This document shows positions 22,858 to 33,079 of a DNA stretch of 64,000 nucleotides, piece by piece. The notes under the pieces were generated by a model. The model did no database searches, was not told the origin of the DNA, and saw only the letters and a program-made list of their open reading frames with translations. Position 1 is the first letter of the stretch. Each line of letters opens with the position of its first letter. Source of the DNA: Nitrospiria bacterium (GTDB lineage: Bacteria; Nitrospirota; UBA9217); assembly GCA_919901555.1 (NCBI GenBank), contig CAKKPG010000055.1, positions 278-64,277 of the forward strand. Reading direction: 5' to 3'. The position numbers and the translations under genes are program-made.

Positions 22858-25353
22858 ATGACTTCCCCGGCCGCCCGCCTGATTTGCGACCACTGCCTGT
22901 TGCCGGTATCCACGAGAGACGCGGTCTCTGATGATTCTCCGGGGGGACGCAAGGTCTTCTGCTGCCATGCCTGCCGGGCCATTTATCGGATGATCACCGA
23001 AGAAGGGTACGGCGACTTTTATAAGAGGCGCGACTGGAAGACCGTCGGGATCCCCGAAGCGCTGAGAAGGGCGGACCAACCGGAGCCCGGACCTCCGGCA
23101 GCGGAACGGGAAGCTCTCCTGCCGTTCATCCGCGGTAACGGTGATATCAAGGAAGCGGACCTCATGATCGACGGCATCCGCTGTGCCTCCTGCATCTGGC
23201 TGAACGAGAAAGTGCTGGAACGCACGAAGGGTGTTCTTTCCGCGCGGATCAATTTTGCCACCCATCGCGCTCTCATCAAATGGGACGGCGCCGCGATCAC
23301 CCTCCACGCGATCCTTGCCCGCATCCGTTCCATCGGCTATCTTGCCAGGCCCTATACTCCTGCCGCTCAGGAAGAGGCCCTCAAAAAACAGAATTACGAT
23401 CTTCTCATCCGCCTCGGCACGGCGTCATTCTTTTCCATGCAGCTCATGCTCCTGAGCTTCGGTCTGTATGCGGGCTACTTCCAGGGAATCGACCCTGTGG
23501 AAAAATACTGGCTGGAATTTTTTGCCCTGCTGATGTGCACGCCAGTTCTTTTTTATTCTGGATGGCCCTTTTTGAGAGGGGCCTACGGGGGACTGCGAAA
23601 CCGCGTTCTGAACATGGACGTGCTCATTTCCCTGGGCGCGCTTTCCGCCTATTTCCTGAGCATCCATCACATGCTTACCCGGGGCGAGGTCTATTTCGAC
23701 ACGTCGGCCATGATCATCACCCTGGTGCTTTTGGGGAGGTTCCTTGAACATTCAGCCAGGCGGCGCGCCTCGCAGGCAATAGCACGGCTTCTCGCCCTCC
23801 AGCCGCAGGATGCAAGGCTTGTCCGGGACAGTGACCGTGTGGTGGTCGCCGTGAGCAGCGTGAAGAGAGGCGACATGCTGGAAATACGGCCTGGCGAGAA
23901 GGTGGCGCTGGACGGAATTATCAAAGAGGGCGTCTCCGAGGTCGATGAGTCCCTGGTGACCGGCGAGTCGCGGCCCGTTGAAAAATCACCGGGTTCCGGA
24001 ATGATCGGCGGAACGATAAACGGCCTGGGCACGGTCATCATGGAAGTGACCAGAGTGGGGCAGGAGACGACACTTTCCCGGATCACGCGACTCGTGGAGA
24101 ACGCCCAGGCATCGACAGCGCCGATCCACAGGTTCGCGGACAGGGTATCCGCCTATTTCATCCCTTTTGTGATCGCTGCCGCAGGGATCACGTTCTGGCA
24201 CTGGCACCGTTATTTCTACGCGGACCAGTCCCTGCTCGTTGCCGTGTCGGTGCTCGTCATCGCCTGCCCCTGCGCCCTGGGCCTCGCCACGCCCGTGGCG
24301 GTCCTTGCAGGCACGGGTCGCGCCGCGCGGAGCGGCATCCTCATAAAAGGCGGAGATGTGCTGGAGCGCATGCATAAGGTGAATACCGTGGTCATGGACA
24401 AGACCGGCACGCTCACGACAGGGAAGATGCAGGTCGTTGAAGTGCGGAATTTGGAGCAAGCCGACCGTGTCGGCGTCGCAGACGGCAACGCGGTTGCCTC
24501 GATCCAGAATAGAAGCGAAAAAATCATACTATACGCTGCATCGGCTGAGCAGGGCTCGGAGCATCTCCTGGGGGCTGCGATAGTGCGCTACGCAAGAGAT
24601 AAGGGGATATCGCCGCTGAGCTCCGGAGGCTTCCAGGCAGTGCCGGGGCAGGGTGTGCGGGCCATGGTTGAAGGCAAGCAGGTGCTCGTAGGGAAGCAAA
24701 GTCTTCTTGAACAAGAAGACATTGTGGTATATCCTGAGATTGTCGCTGAAGCGGAGGTCCTGGAGCAAAGCGGAAGAACGGTGGTGTTTGTCTCGCAGGA
24801 GAAGGTACTCCTCGGCATGATCGCTCTCATGGATTCGGCAAAGCCGGATGCCGCCTTTGCCGTGGAGCGGTTGAAGCGAATGGGTATGGAAGTCGTTATG
24901 ATAACCGGAGACAACCGGACGACCGCTGATGTTATCGCAAAGAGGACGGGAATTGAGAAGGTCCTTTCCGGCGTCCTGCCTTCAGGGAAATCAGAAGAAG
25001 TAACTAAGCTCAGGACAGAAGGCAGGGTCGTTGCCATGGTGGGGGATGGGATCAATGACGCGCCTGCCCTCGCGGCGGCCGATGTCGGCGTCGCCATGTC
25101 CGCCGGTTCCGATATCGCCATAGAATCCGCGGGCATGGTGCTCATGCGGTCCGATTTGACCGGTGTCGTAGAGGCGATTGAACTGTCGCGAAAGACCTTT
25201 CGGGTGATCAAGCAGAACCTGTTCTGGGCATTTTTTTACAACGTGGCGGCGATTCCGCTGGCAATGGCGGGTCTGTTGCATCCCATCGTTGCCGCTGGTG
25301 CTATGGCGTTAAGTTCCGTGACCGTGGTGACGAATTCACTTCGTCTAAGATAG
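22858..25353 (+). CDS. ccoI: Copper-translocating P1B-type ATPase CcoI/FixI
   Basis: N-terminal CDHC...CCHAC, TGES, CPC (IACPCALG), DKTGTLT and GDGINDAP. Confidence 0.9.
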   Translation: MTSPAARLICDHCLLPVSTRDAVSDDSPGGRKVFCCHACRAIYRMITEEGYGDFYKRRDWKTVGIPEALRRADQPEPGPPAAEREALLPFIRGNGDIKEADLMIDGIRCASCIWLNEKVLERTKGVLSARINFATHRALIKWDGAAITLHAILARIRSIGYLARPYTPAAQEEALKKQNYDLLIRLGTASFFSMQLMLLSFGLYAGYFQGIDPVEKYWLEFFALLMCTPVLFYSGWPFLRGAYGGLRNRVLNMDVLISLGALSAYFLSIHHMLTRGEVYFDTSAMIITLVLLGRFLEHSARRRASQAIARLLALQPQDARLVRDSDRVVVAVSSVKRGDMLEIRPGEKVALDGIIKEGVSEVDESLVTGESRPVEKSPGSGMIGGTINGLGTVIMEVTRVGQETTLSRITRLVENAQASTAPIHRFADRVSAYFIPFVIAAAGITFWHWHRYFYADQSLLVAVSVLVIACPCALGLATPVAVLAGTGRAARSGILIKGGDVLERMHKVNTVVMDKTGTLTTGKMQVVEVRNLEQADRVGVADGNAVASIQNRSEKIILYAASAEQGSEHLLGAAIVRYARDKGISPLSSGGFQAVPGQGVRAMVEGKQVLVGKQSLLEQEDIVVYPEIVAEAEVLEQSGRTVVFVSQEKVLLGMIALMDSAKPDAAFAVERLKRMGMEVVMITGDNRTTADVIAKRTGIEKVLSGVLPSGKSEEVTKLRTEGRVVAMVGDGINDAPALAAADVGVAMSAGSDIAIESAGMVLMRSDLTGVVEAIELSRKTFRVIKQNLFWAFFYNVAAIPLAMAGLLHPIVAAGAMALSSVTVVTNSLRLR
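24454..24513 (+). repeat. 60-bp double-hairpin repeat, copy B, in-frame inside ccoI
   Basis: GAGCAAGCCGACCGTGTCGGCGTCGCAGACGGCAACGCGGTTGCCTCGATCCAGAATAGA. It starts on a codon boundary and encodes EQADRVGVADGNAVASIQNR. Confidence 0.8.
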
Positions 25354-25528
25354 ACCAGACTTGCCACGGATAGACACGGATAGGATCTGAACGATACTGT
25401 TGGCCACGAATGTACGCGAATGAACGCGAATAATAAGCAAAAGATTGGCATGTGGGTATTGTATTTTGGCGCAATTGAAATTTGGATTTTTTTTGTAATT
25501 TGGGATTTGATATTTGGAGTTTAAACTT

Positions 25529-25672
25529 ATGCTCTGGACCATCATCGCACTCATAATCCTCATGTTCGCTATCGGTCTTGCCGGCTGGTTCATTTTCCTC
25601 TGGGCCGCCAAGACCGGCCAGTTCGACGACATCGAACGGCCGAAGCACCGGATGATGGATGATGAGTCGTAG
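25529..25672 (+). CDS. ccoS: cbb3 oxidase maturation protein CcoS/FixS (47 aa, absent from the ORF track)
   Basis: MLWTIIALIILMFAIGLAGWFIFLWAAKTGQFDDIERPKHRMMDDES matches the CcoS signature (W..KSGQFDD...P..R...DD). Confidence 0.75.
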   Translation: MLWTIIALIILMFAIGLAGWFIFLWAAKTGQFDDIERPKHRMMDDES

Positions 25673-25730
25673 GGGCGGCCCTCTGTGGCTGCCCAATGCA
25701 GTCGTCCTTCGTCCCTCGAAAGGAAAAGAC

Positions 25731-26420
25731 ATGTCCACTTACGTCGAAGTCTTCCTCATCGGTTTCCTCGGCAGCATGCACTGCATCGGCATGTGCGGCG
25801 GGTTTGTGGCCATGTATTCGCTCAAGAAACCTGCGGTACGACCTTCACTGCCGTACCACCTGCTCTATAATCTCGGCAGAATCGCCACCTACTCGCTCCT
25901 CGGCGGAATTATGGGGCTTTTGGGTTCGACGGTCGCTTATATCGGCGAACTCAGGGGCATACCGGGAGCGACGCTGCTGATCGCCGGGGCTGTGATGGTC
26001 CTCATGGGCCTGAACATTGCCGGCATCCTGGGCAGGGGAGGGGCCTTCGAAAATGCGGAGATCGCATCTCGCCCCTTTTTCCGAAAAGCGCTTCACCGTA
26101 TTCTCGCCATGGAGAGCATCTGGGGAACGTTCCTGCTCGGGTTTCTTCTGGGATTCCTTCCGTGCGGGCTTCTGTACCCCCTGTTCATCAACGCCGCTGC
26201 GGCAGGCAGTTTCTCTTCCGGCATGTTCATGATGGCTGTTTTCGGCCTGGGCACCGTGCCCGCCCTGATGTCCTTCGGCTTCCTGGTGACGAAGATACGG
26301 CCCCACGTGAAACTTCTTCTGTACCGGGTCGCAGCAATTCTGATCGTGCTCCTGGGCATTCAAGCCTTTCTCCGCGGCATGGCCTTCAACGGCTGGATTG
26401 CTCCCGGCAGATTCTGGTAG
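25731..26420 (+). CDS. DsbD_2 / TauE-like integral membrane protein commonly linked to ccoGHIS
   Basis: Internal ATG with AAAGGAAAAG upstream. FLGSMHCIGMCGGF N-terminal motif. About 6 TM segments. Confidence 0.7.
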   Translation: MSTYVEVFLIGFLGSMHCIGMCGGFVAMYSLKKPAVRPSLPYHLLYNLGRIATYSLLGGIMGLLGSTVAYIGELRGIPGATLLIAGAVMVLMGLNIAGILGRGGAFENAEIASRPFFRKALHRILAMESIWGTFLLGFLLGFLPCGLLYPLFINAAAAGSFSSGMFMMAVFGLGTVPALMSFGFLVTKIRPHVKLLLYRVAAILIVLLGIQAFLRGMAFNGWIAPGRFW

Positions 26421-26470
26421 CGTTCATGAGGATATTTCTAAGCGCACGATAACCCTTGTAAAAAAACTGC

Positions 26471-26499
26471 TTGACAAGGCAACATTTGGAGTGTATTTT
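26471..26499 (+). promoter_or_regulatory. Sigma70-type promoter of the tetR-efflux operon
   Basis: TTGACA (26471-26476), a 17-nt spacer, then TATTTT (26494-26499). Confidence 0.5.
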
Positions 26500-26509
26500 G
26501 TTCGTGCAA

Positions 26510-26529
26510 TTAATTAACCGGTTAGTTAA
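26510..26529 (+). promoter_or_regulatory. 20-bp near-perfect palindrome, likely the TetR operator
   Basis: TTAATTAACCGGTTAGTTAA has one mismatched pair and the core TAACCGGTTA is perfect. It lies between the -10 hexamer and the tetR start. Confidence 0.5.
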
Positions 26530-26541
26530 TAAGTCCACTCT

Positions 26542-27216
26542 ATGAGAAAAATAAGAACCAAACGGGAACGAACAGTGGGCAGGCGCCCCAAGTCCTTGAA
26601 GCCGGACAGGGGCACCAGGGCCGATATCCTCGCTGCTGCACGGCATGTTTTTGCGAGCAGGGGCATCGATGGCACATCGGTGCGGGAAGTGGCAGAGGCC
26701 GCGAAGGTGAACAATGCCATGATCTACTACTACTTCAAGGACAAAGAAGACTTATACCGTTCGGTGCTTTCCGATTCATTTTCCCCACTGGCGGCCATCT
26801 GGGACGACAAGATTTTCAAAGGGGCCGCACCGGTAAAGGAAAAGATCCGGAAATATATCGAAGGCTATATCCGCTTTCAGCAGGTGAACGAGGACCTTCG
26901 CCGCATCATGGCAATGGAATTCGCGGGGAGCGGAGGGAACATTACGTGGATCTGCGAGAAGCATTTTGCGGTCAATTACGGAAAACTCGTAAAGATCCTC
27001 AAGGAAGGCATGAAGACCGGTGAACTGAAAAAGGTCGATCCGTCGCTGGCCATTGCATCGTTGTTCGGCATCATCATTCACAACTTTATCATGGAGCCTC
27101 TTGCAGAGCACGTGCATGGAAAACACGTGAACCTCTCGCCGAAGAAGTTCGGCGCTTTCGTAACGGAGCTTTTCTTCAACGGCCTCGGCAGGCAGACAAC
27201 AGTGCAGCGGGCATAA
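26542..27216 (+). CDS. TetR/AcrR family transcriptional regulator
   Basis: ILAAARHVFASRGIDGTSVREVAEAAKVNNAMIYYYFKDKEDLY is the canonical TetR N-terminal HTH. Confidence 0.9.
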   Translation: MRKIRTKRERTVGRRPKSLKPDRGTRADILAAARHVFASRGIDGTSVREVAEAAKVNNAMIYYYFKDKEDLYRSVLSDSFSPLAAIWDDKIFKGAAPVKEKIRKYIEGYIRFQQVNEDLRRIMAMEFAGSGGNITWICEKHFAVNYGKLVKILKEGMKTGELKKVDPSLAIASLFGIIIHNFIMEPLAEHVHGKHVNLSPKKFGAFVTELFFNGLGRQTTVQRA

Positions 27217-27237
27217 ACGGATACAGGATATCATTCT

Positions 27238-28536
27238 ATGAAAATCATACAGGGCACAGTCATCATCGTATTGCTTTTGCTTTTCGCATTTGCTACAGCA
27301 TCCGCGGCGGACAGTGTGTATACGCTCCAAGAGGCGTACGATGCCGCGCTCGGAACGAACGAAACCGTCAAGATCGCCGAAGAGGGCGTAGTCCAGGCGG
27401 AGAGCAGGGTAGATCAGGCGCGGACCTATATTTTTCCCCGCTTGACCGGCAAGGCGGGATATACCTGGTATAACAAGGAGCTTCCGCCGGGAGACGGAGA
27501 ATTCATCTTTCAACCCCTGGAGCAGTTCCAGGCGGGCCTCGTGCTCACCCAGCCTCTCTATACGGGCGGAAGAACCTTTGCCGCGTTCCGGACGGCCAAG
27601 ACCCTGTCGGACGCGAGCAGAAAGCAGCTTTCAACCTCGCAGCAGGACATTCTGCTGGGCGTGGCCGATGCGTATTTTGAAGTGCTCAAGGCCCGGAAAC
27701 TGGTGGACGTGAGCCGGGATTCCCTCTCCCGTATGGAAGAATACAAGAAGGTGACCGAGCGGGTGGCGTCCACACGCAGGAGCAAAGCAAACATGTCCGA
27801 CCTGCTCAGGGCGAGGACCCTGGCGAGCCAGGCCGGAATCTCCGTTGTGACTGCCGAAAACAGGCTCAAGATCGCCCGGCAGCGATTGAGCCTGCTCACG
27901 AGACTGCCCGAGGACGCGGCCGTAACGGAGCCGCCGCCGCCAGCGCCGCCGTCGTATTCTCTCGACCGGCTCAAGCAAATAGCTTTTGAAAATCGAGACG
28001 ATTACGCCGGCGTACGTCTGAGCCGGAAGGTGGCCGAGGAAAACATCACCATCGTCAAAGGCGCGCACCACCCCCAGATTTATGCCGAGGGTGGGCTTCA
28101 GTACCAGGACTCGCGCCCCGCGACGGGGCTGGACGCAACGGTATATTATGGCGGTCTCCGGCTCCAGATCCCCATCTTCGAGGGCGGGCTGATGAAGGCA
28201 GAGGTGTCCGAGGCCCGGTCCAAACTCCGGCAGGCCGAACTTTCCACGGAACTGCTTCGCCGGAACATCGAAACGGACGTGTATGAGGCGTACATAAGCC
28301 TCCAGACCGTAACGACGGTCCTTGAGTCGGTAAAGCTGCAGTACGCCGACGCGAAGGGGAACTTCGATGCCGTTACCAGCCTGTTCGCGGAAGGGCTTGC
28401 GTCGAGCCTTGCGGTCATCGACTCGCAGCAGGCCCTTTTTGTCGCCGAACGGGAGCTTGTGAACGCCACCTATGACCGGCAGGTGGCCGTGCTGCGGCTG
28501 CAGAGAAGTATCGGACTGCTGAGAAAAGAGTTGTGA
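27238..28536 (+). CDS. TolC-family outer membrane efflux protein
   Basis: Signal peptide ...FAFATASA. Two-fold repeated OEP pattern (L.eA...AL..N..., P.L...y.....). Confidence 0.85.
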   Translation: MKIIQGTVIIVLLLLFAFATASAADSVYTLQEAYDAALGTNETVKIAEEGVVQAESRVDQARTYIFPRLTGKAGYTWYNKELPPGDGEFIFQPLEQFQAGLVLTQPLYTGGRTFAAFRTAKTLSDASRKQLSTSQQDILLGVADAYFEVLKARKLVDVSRDSLSRMEEYKKVTERVASTRRSKANMSDLLRARTLASQAGISVVTAENRLKIARQRLSLLTRLPEDAAVTEPPPPAPPSYSLDRLKQIAFENRDDYAGVRLSRKVAEENITIVKGAHHPQIYAEGGLQYQDSRPATGLDATVYYGGLRLQIPIFEGGLMKAEVSEARSKLRQAELSTELLRRNIETDVYEAYISLQTVTTVLESVKLQYADAKGNFDAVTSLFAEGLASSLAVIDSQQALFVAERELVNATYDRQVAVLRLQRSIGLLRKEL

Positions 28537-28670
28537 GTTGGGAAACGGCGTCGTCTTTCGGCAACGAGGCCCGTATCGTCAATCGGTAACGTGGAGCGGC
28601 TCAACACCGACGACGTTAGACGCAGCCGAAAACGGCGTCGTGACCCTTTTACCATTTACGAGGTTTAACC

Positions 28671-31600
28671 ATGCGACTTCCTGAAATATCCATTAAACGG
28701 CCGGTGTTCATCACCATGGTGGCACTCGCCCTGATCGTCTTCGGCATCGTTTCATTACCGCGGCTTGCCCTTGACCTTTTCCCGAAGATCGATTTTCCCG
28801 TCGTGAACATCACCACGAAGCTGGTGGGCGCAAGCCCGGAGGTCATGGAGGTTGATGTCACGGACGTCATTGAAGAGGCCGTGAACACGATCAACGGAGT
28901 TAAGACCATCACGTCGCGGAGCATGGAAGAATACTCCATCGTCACGGTGGAGTTTTTCCTCGAGCGCAATGTGGAACAGGCGGCCCAGGACGTCCGCGAT
29001 AAGGTGGCTGCTGTCCGCAATCAGCTTCCAAAGGACGCGGAACCGCCGGTGATCGAGAAGATAAGCCCTGAGGACCAACCCATCATCTGGATCGCGGTAT
29101 GGGGAGACCGGACCGTTAGGGACCTCACGCACTATGCGGACAAGGTCTTGAAGCGGGACATCGAGAAGATCCCCGGCGTGGGTTCCGTGACCATGAGCGG
29201 CGGCCGCACGCGGCAGGTCCGCATCTGGCTCGATCGAAAGAAGATGGAGGCGTTGGCGCTTACGGCGAGCGATGTCAAACAGGCGCTCGGGGCCGAGCAT
29301 AAGGAGGTCCCCGGCGGCAAGATCGAGAACCAGCGGATCGAGTATGTGGTAAAGACCAAGGGCGAATACGAAACACCGGAAGCGTTCAATGATCTCGTGG
29401 TCTCCTATCGGCACGGCAGACTCATCAAGCTTCGCGACATCGGCTACGCCGAGGATGGTCTTGAAGAAGAACGCTCCCTTACCCGGTTCAACGGGAAGAC
29501 CTCGGTCGGGCTTTCCGTAAAAAGGCAGTCCGGTGAGAACACCGTTGCCGTTGCCGAGCGCATCAAGGCTGCGGTTGCATCCGTGACGCCACCCGAAGGG
29601 ATCAAGCTCGACATCACCTTCGACCAGTCTATATACATTCGCAGGTCCATCGAGGATGTCGAGGTTTCGCTCTGGCTCGGCGCTGCGCTCGCCGTTCTCA
29701 TCATCTTCGCATTCCTTCGGAGCATCCGGAGCACGCTGATCAGCGCCGCGGCGCTGCCGACCTCGGTGATCGCGACCTTTGCATTCATCAACGCCTTCGG
29801 ATTCACCCTGAACATGATGACCATGCTCGGCTTGTCGCTCTCCATCGGCATCCTGATCGACGACGCCATCGTGGTGCTCGAGAACATCTATCGCCGCATG
29901 GAGGAGGGCGAGCCGCCAATGCAGGCCGCCCGTGAAGGCGCGTCGGAGATCGGGCTCGCGGTCATGGCGACCACCATGTCGATCGTTGCCGTGTTCGTGC
30001 CCGTTGCGTTCATGAAAGGTATCGTGGGCAAGTTTTTTTACGAATTCGGGATCACCGTAACCGTGGCTGTCCTGATCTCGCTGTTCGTGTCGCTGACGAT
30101 GACGCCCATGTTGACGTCGCGGTTCCTGTCCTATCGGAAAAAGCACGGCAAGGTCTATATGTTCCTGGAGCGCGGTTTCGATGCGATCTTCAGTGTATAC
30201 CGGCCCCTTCTGGCCCTGGCGCTCCGGAACCGCTGGAAGACCATCCTGCTTGCCCTGGCGAGCGTCATCGCCGGCCTTGCCCTTTTCGTCATCGTCGACA
30301 AGGAATTCCTGCCTGCCGCCGACCAGGGACGCTACATGGTGCGCCTGGAAACACCCATCGATTATTCTTTGCCGCGGGCCGATGCCGCTATGCGGCAGGT
30401 CGATGAACAGCTCAGAAAACGCCAGGAGATCGCGGGCACATTCTACGTCACCGGTTCGGATTTTGCCCCGGACAGTAATAAGAGCAAGATCTACGTCAAC
30501 TTGAAGGAGCGGAAGGACCGGAATCTCATTCAGCTCGACTCGATGAAGCAGGTGCGCGACGATCTGTCCACGGCAAAAGCGATCAAATCGTCCGTAGAAG
30601 AGATTGGGATGGTGGGCGGCGGTTTCCGGGCGGTCCCCATCCAGGTGATGATCCAGGGAAGGGATCTGGATGAACTGAACCGGAGGACCATGATCATCAA
30701 GGACCAGTTTGCGAAGATCCCCGGGATCGTGGACGCCGATACGTCCATCGAGATCGGCAAGCCGGAGGTAAAGCTCCGCATCGATCGTGATCGTGCGGCC
30801 AACTACGGCGTCAGCGCCGCGGCCATTGGCGGAACAGTGAATACCTTGATCGGTGGAGAAATCGTCGGCAAGTACAAGGACGAGAAGGAAGGGGAGCGCT
30901 ATGACATTACCGCGCGCCTTCTCGGGACGGAACGGACCCAGCCCGATGATATCGGCATCCTGCAGGTCCGCTCATCCACAGGTGAGCTCGTGAGGCTGCG
31001 GGATGTTACCGAGCAGTCTACCGGCACCGGGCCCACGTTGATCATGCATATGAACCGGCAGCGCGGGGCGGCAGTATTCTCGAACATCGACAAGACGAAA
31101 CCCATGGCCACGGCGGTCAATGATCTGGAGCAGATCATCAAGAAGAACCTGGCGCCGGACATGTCCTTCAAGCACGTGGGCATGGCGGACGCTATGCTTG
31201 ACGCGTTCAAGAACATCGCCTTTGCCCTGGTCATTGCCGTCATCATGGTCTATATGATCCTGGCCGCACAGTTCGAGAGCTTCGTGCATCCTTTTACCAT
31301 CATGTTCTCCCTCCCGGTCAGTCTTATCGGCGCAGTGGGCCTGCTCCTCATCACCGGCGAACGGATCAGCATTTTCAGCCTTATCGGCATTATTATGCTG
31401 ATGGGCCTTGTGACCAAGAACGCCATCCTGCTGGTCGACTATACCATTACCCTCCGACACCGGGGGATGAGCCGTGATGAGGCGCTGATGAAAGCGGGTC
31501 CGGTCCGGCTTCGGCCCATCATCATGACCACGGCCGCCATGGTGTTCGGTATGCTGCCCACAGCACTCAAGATCGGCGAGGGAGCAGAGCAGCGGGCGCC

Positions 31601-31727
31601 CATGGCCATTGCCGTGATCGGCGGGCTCATCACGTCCACGCTTCTTACGCTTGTTGTCGTACCCGTGGTTTATACGCTCGTTGACGACCTGGAGAACTTC
31701 TTTAAAAAGAAAAGAGAGCGTACTTAG
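28671..31727 (+). CDS. RND efflux transporter permease (AcrB/HAE1-like)
   Basis: 1018 aa. N-terminus [25 protein letters not shown]. Twelve TM segments and two large periplasmic loops. Confidence 0.9.
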   Translation: MRLPEISIKRPVFITMVALALIVFGIVSLPRLALDLFPKIDFPVVNITTKLVGASPEVMEVDVTDVIEEAVNTINGVKTITSRSMEEYSIVTVEFFLERNVEQAAQDVRDKVAAVRNQLPKDAEPPVIEKISPEDQPIIWIAVWGDRTVRDLTHYADKVLKRDIEKIPGVGSVTMSGGRTRQVRIWLDRKKMEALALTASDVKQALGAEHKEVPGGKIENQRIEYVVKTKGEYETPEAFNDLVVSYRHGRLIKLRDIGYAEDGLEEERSLTRFNGKTSVGLSVKRQSGENTVAVAERIKAAVASVTPPEGIKLDITFDQSIYIRRSIEDVEVSLWLGAALAVLIIFAFLRSIRSTLISAAALPTSVIATFAFINAFGFTLNMMTMLGLSLSIGILIDDAIVVLENIYRRMEEGEPPMQAAREGASEIGLAVMATTMSIVAVFVPVAFMKGIVGKFFYEFGITVTVAVLISLFVSLTMTPMLTSRFLSYRKKHGKVYMFLERGFDAIFSVYRPLLALALRNRWKTILLALASVIAGLALFVIVDKEFLPAADQGRYMVRLETPIDYSLPRADAAMRQVDEQLRKRQEIAGTFYVTGSDFAPDSNKSKIYVNLKERKDRNLIQLDSMKQVRDDLSTAKAIKSSVEEIGMVGGGFRAVPIQVMIQGRDLDELNRRTMIIKDQFAKIPGIVDADTSIEIGKPEVKLRIDRDRAANYGVSAAAIGGTVNTLIGGEIVGKYKDEKEGERYDITARLLGTERTQPDDIGILQVRSSTGELVRLRDVTEQSTGTGPTLIMHMNRQRGAAVFSNIDKTKPMATAVNDLEQIIKKNLAPDMSFKHVGMADAMLDAFKNIAFALVIAVIMVYMILAAQFESFVHPFTIMFSLPVSLIGAVGLLLITGERISIFSLIGIIMLMGLVTKNAILLVDYTITLRHRGMSRDEALMKAGPVRLRPIIMTTAAMVFGMLPTALKIGEGAEQRAPMAIAVIGGLITSTLLTLVVVPVVYTLVDDLENFFKKKRERT

Positions 31728-31829
31728 TGTTTGAGTGGTTTCATTAGTTTTTAATGCTATACTTCCTTTAACGATCCAAACCTGTCGAACCAGTTAAGCG
31801 AATCGAACCAATCGAACAGGAGAAGACTC

Positions 31830-32798
31830 TTGAAAATCCTCGTCACCGGCGGGGCAGGGTATATCGGCAGCCATGTGGTGAAGGCGCTGGGGGAGAAGGG
31901 GGCCACCGTCCTGGTTTACGATGACCTTTCAAAGGGCCATCGCGACGCGGTCCTGTACGGCGAACTTGTTGTCGGCGATCTGGCGGACCAGGCCCTTCTG
32001 GCACGGACCTTGCGCGCCTTCAAGCCCGATGCGGTCATGCATTTTGCCGCATTCATAGCCGTCGGGGAGTCGGTCCGTGAACCTGTCAAATATTACTGTA
32101 ACAACACCGCGAATACGCTGAACCTTCTCCGGGGCATGCTTGAGAACGGCATCAATAAGTTTATTTTTTCTTCAACGGCGGCGGTATACGGCAGTCCCGG
32201 GAAGGCGTTGATCACCGAAACGGAACCGCTCAAGCCCATCAATCCCTATGGTCATTCCAAGGTCTTCGTGGAAAAGGCCTTAGAAGACATGTCTGCTTCG
32301 CAGGGGCTGCGATATGTTTCGCTGCGCTATTTTAACGCCGCCGGGGCAGACCCGGAAGCAAGGATAGGGGAGAGACACCAGCCTGAGACTCACCTGATTC
32401 CCCTGGCATTGAAAACAGCAAAAGGGGAACGAAAAAGCCTCGAGATATACGGCGCCGATTATCCGACCCCGGACGGCACATGCCTGCGGGACTACATCCA
32501 TGTAGATGACCTGGCAGAGGCCCATTTGATCTCCCTTGACCACCTGTCGGGGAGAGGAAAAAGCGAAGTATTTAACTGCGGCTACGGGCATGGGTATTCC
32601 GTCCGGGAAGTCATAGATACAGCCAGGAAAGTCACCGGGAAGGACTTTACCGTGGAAAACATCCAGCGAAGGCCGGGCGACTCGCCCGTACTTGTTGCCG
32701 ACAGTTCCAGGCTCAAAAAAGCGCTGAACTGGAACCCCAAATATGACGACCTGGAATACATCATAAAGACCGCATGGGAATGGGAGAAAAAGCAGTAA
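31830..32798 (+). CDS. galE: UDP-glucose 4-epimerase
   Basis: TTG start after [24 protein letters not shown] (YxxxK) and LRYFNAAGA. Confidence 0.85.
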   Translation: MKILVTGGAGYIGSHVVKALGEKGATVLVYDDLSKGHRDAVLYGELVVGDLADQALLARTLRAFKPDAVMHFAAFIAVGESVREPVKYYCNNTANTLNLLRGMLENGINKFIFSSTAAVYGSPGKALITETEPLKPINPYGHSKVFVEKALEDMSASQGLRYVSLRYFNAAGADPEARIGERHQPETHLIPLALKTAKGERKSLEIYGADYPTPDGTCLRDYIHVDDLAEAHLISLDHLSGRGKSEVFNCGYGHGYSVREVIDTARKVTGKDFTVENIQRRPGDSPVLVADSSRLKKALNWNPKYDDLEYIIKTAWEWEKKQ

Positions 32799-33079
32799 GT
32801 TCCTGAACAAAAACCGCTCGTAACACAATCACCCAAGAGAATTAAAATAGGAGACAAGAAGCAAGAATTTTTGAGGTTAAATTCTCGCCCGGTTATTTTA
32901 TTAAGCGTTACAATTTGACATAATATACATTATCAGACAATATTAAAGTTAAAGTTAATTGTCGTTAATCTTGCTAATTCTTTGTTTTTACGCTGTTTAT
33001 TTGCAATGTGTTATTGAGGCGTTCTGGAAGGTTTTAATGTAAAACTTGATGTTATGGGAGAATGTTCGGCCCGGCCATT

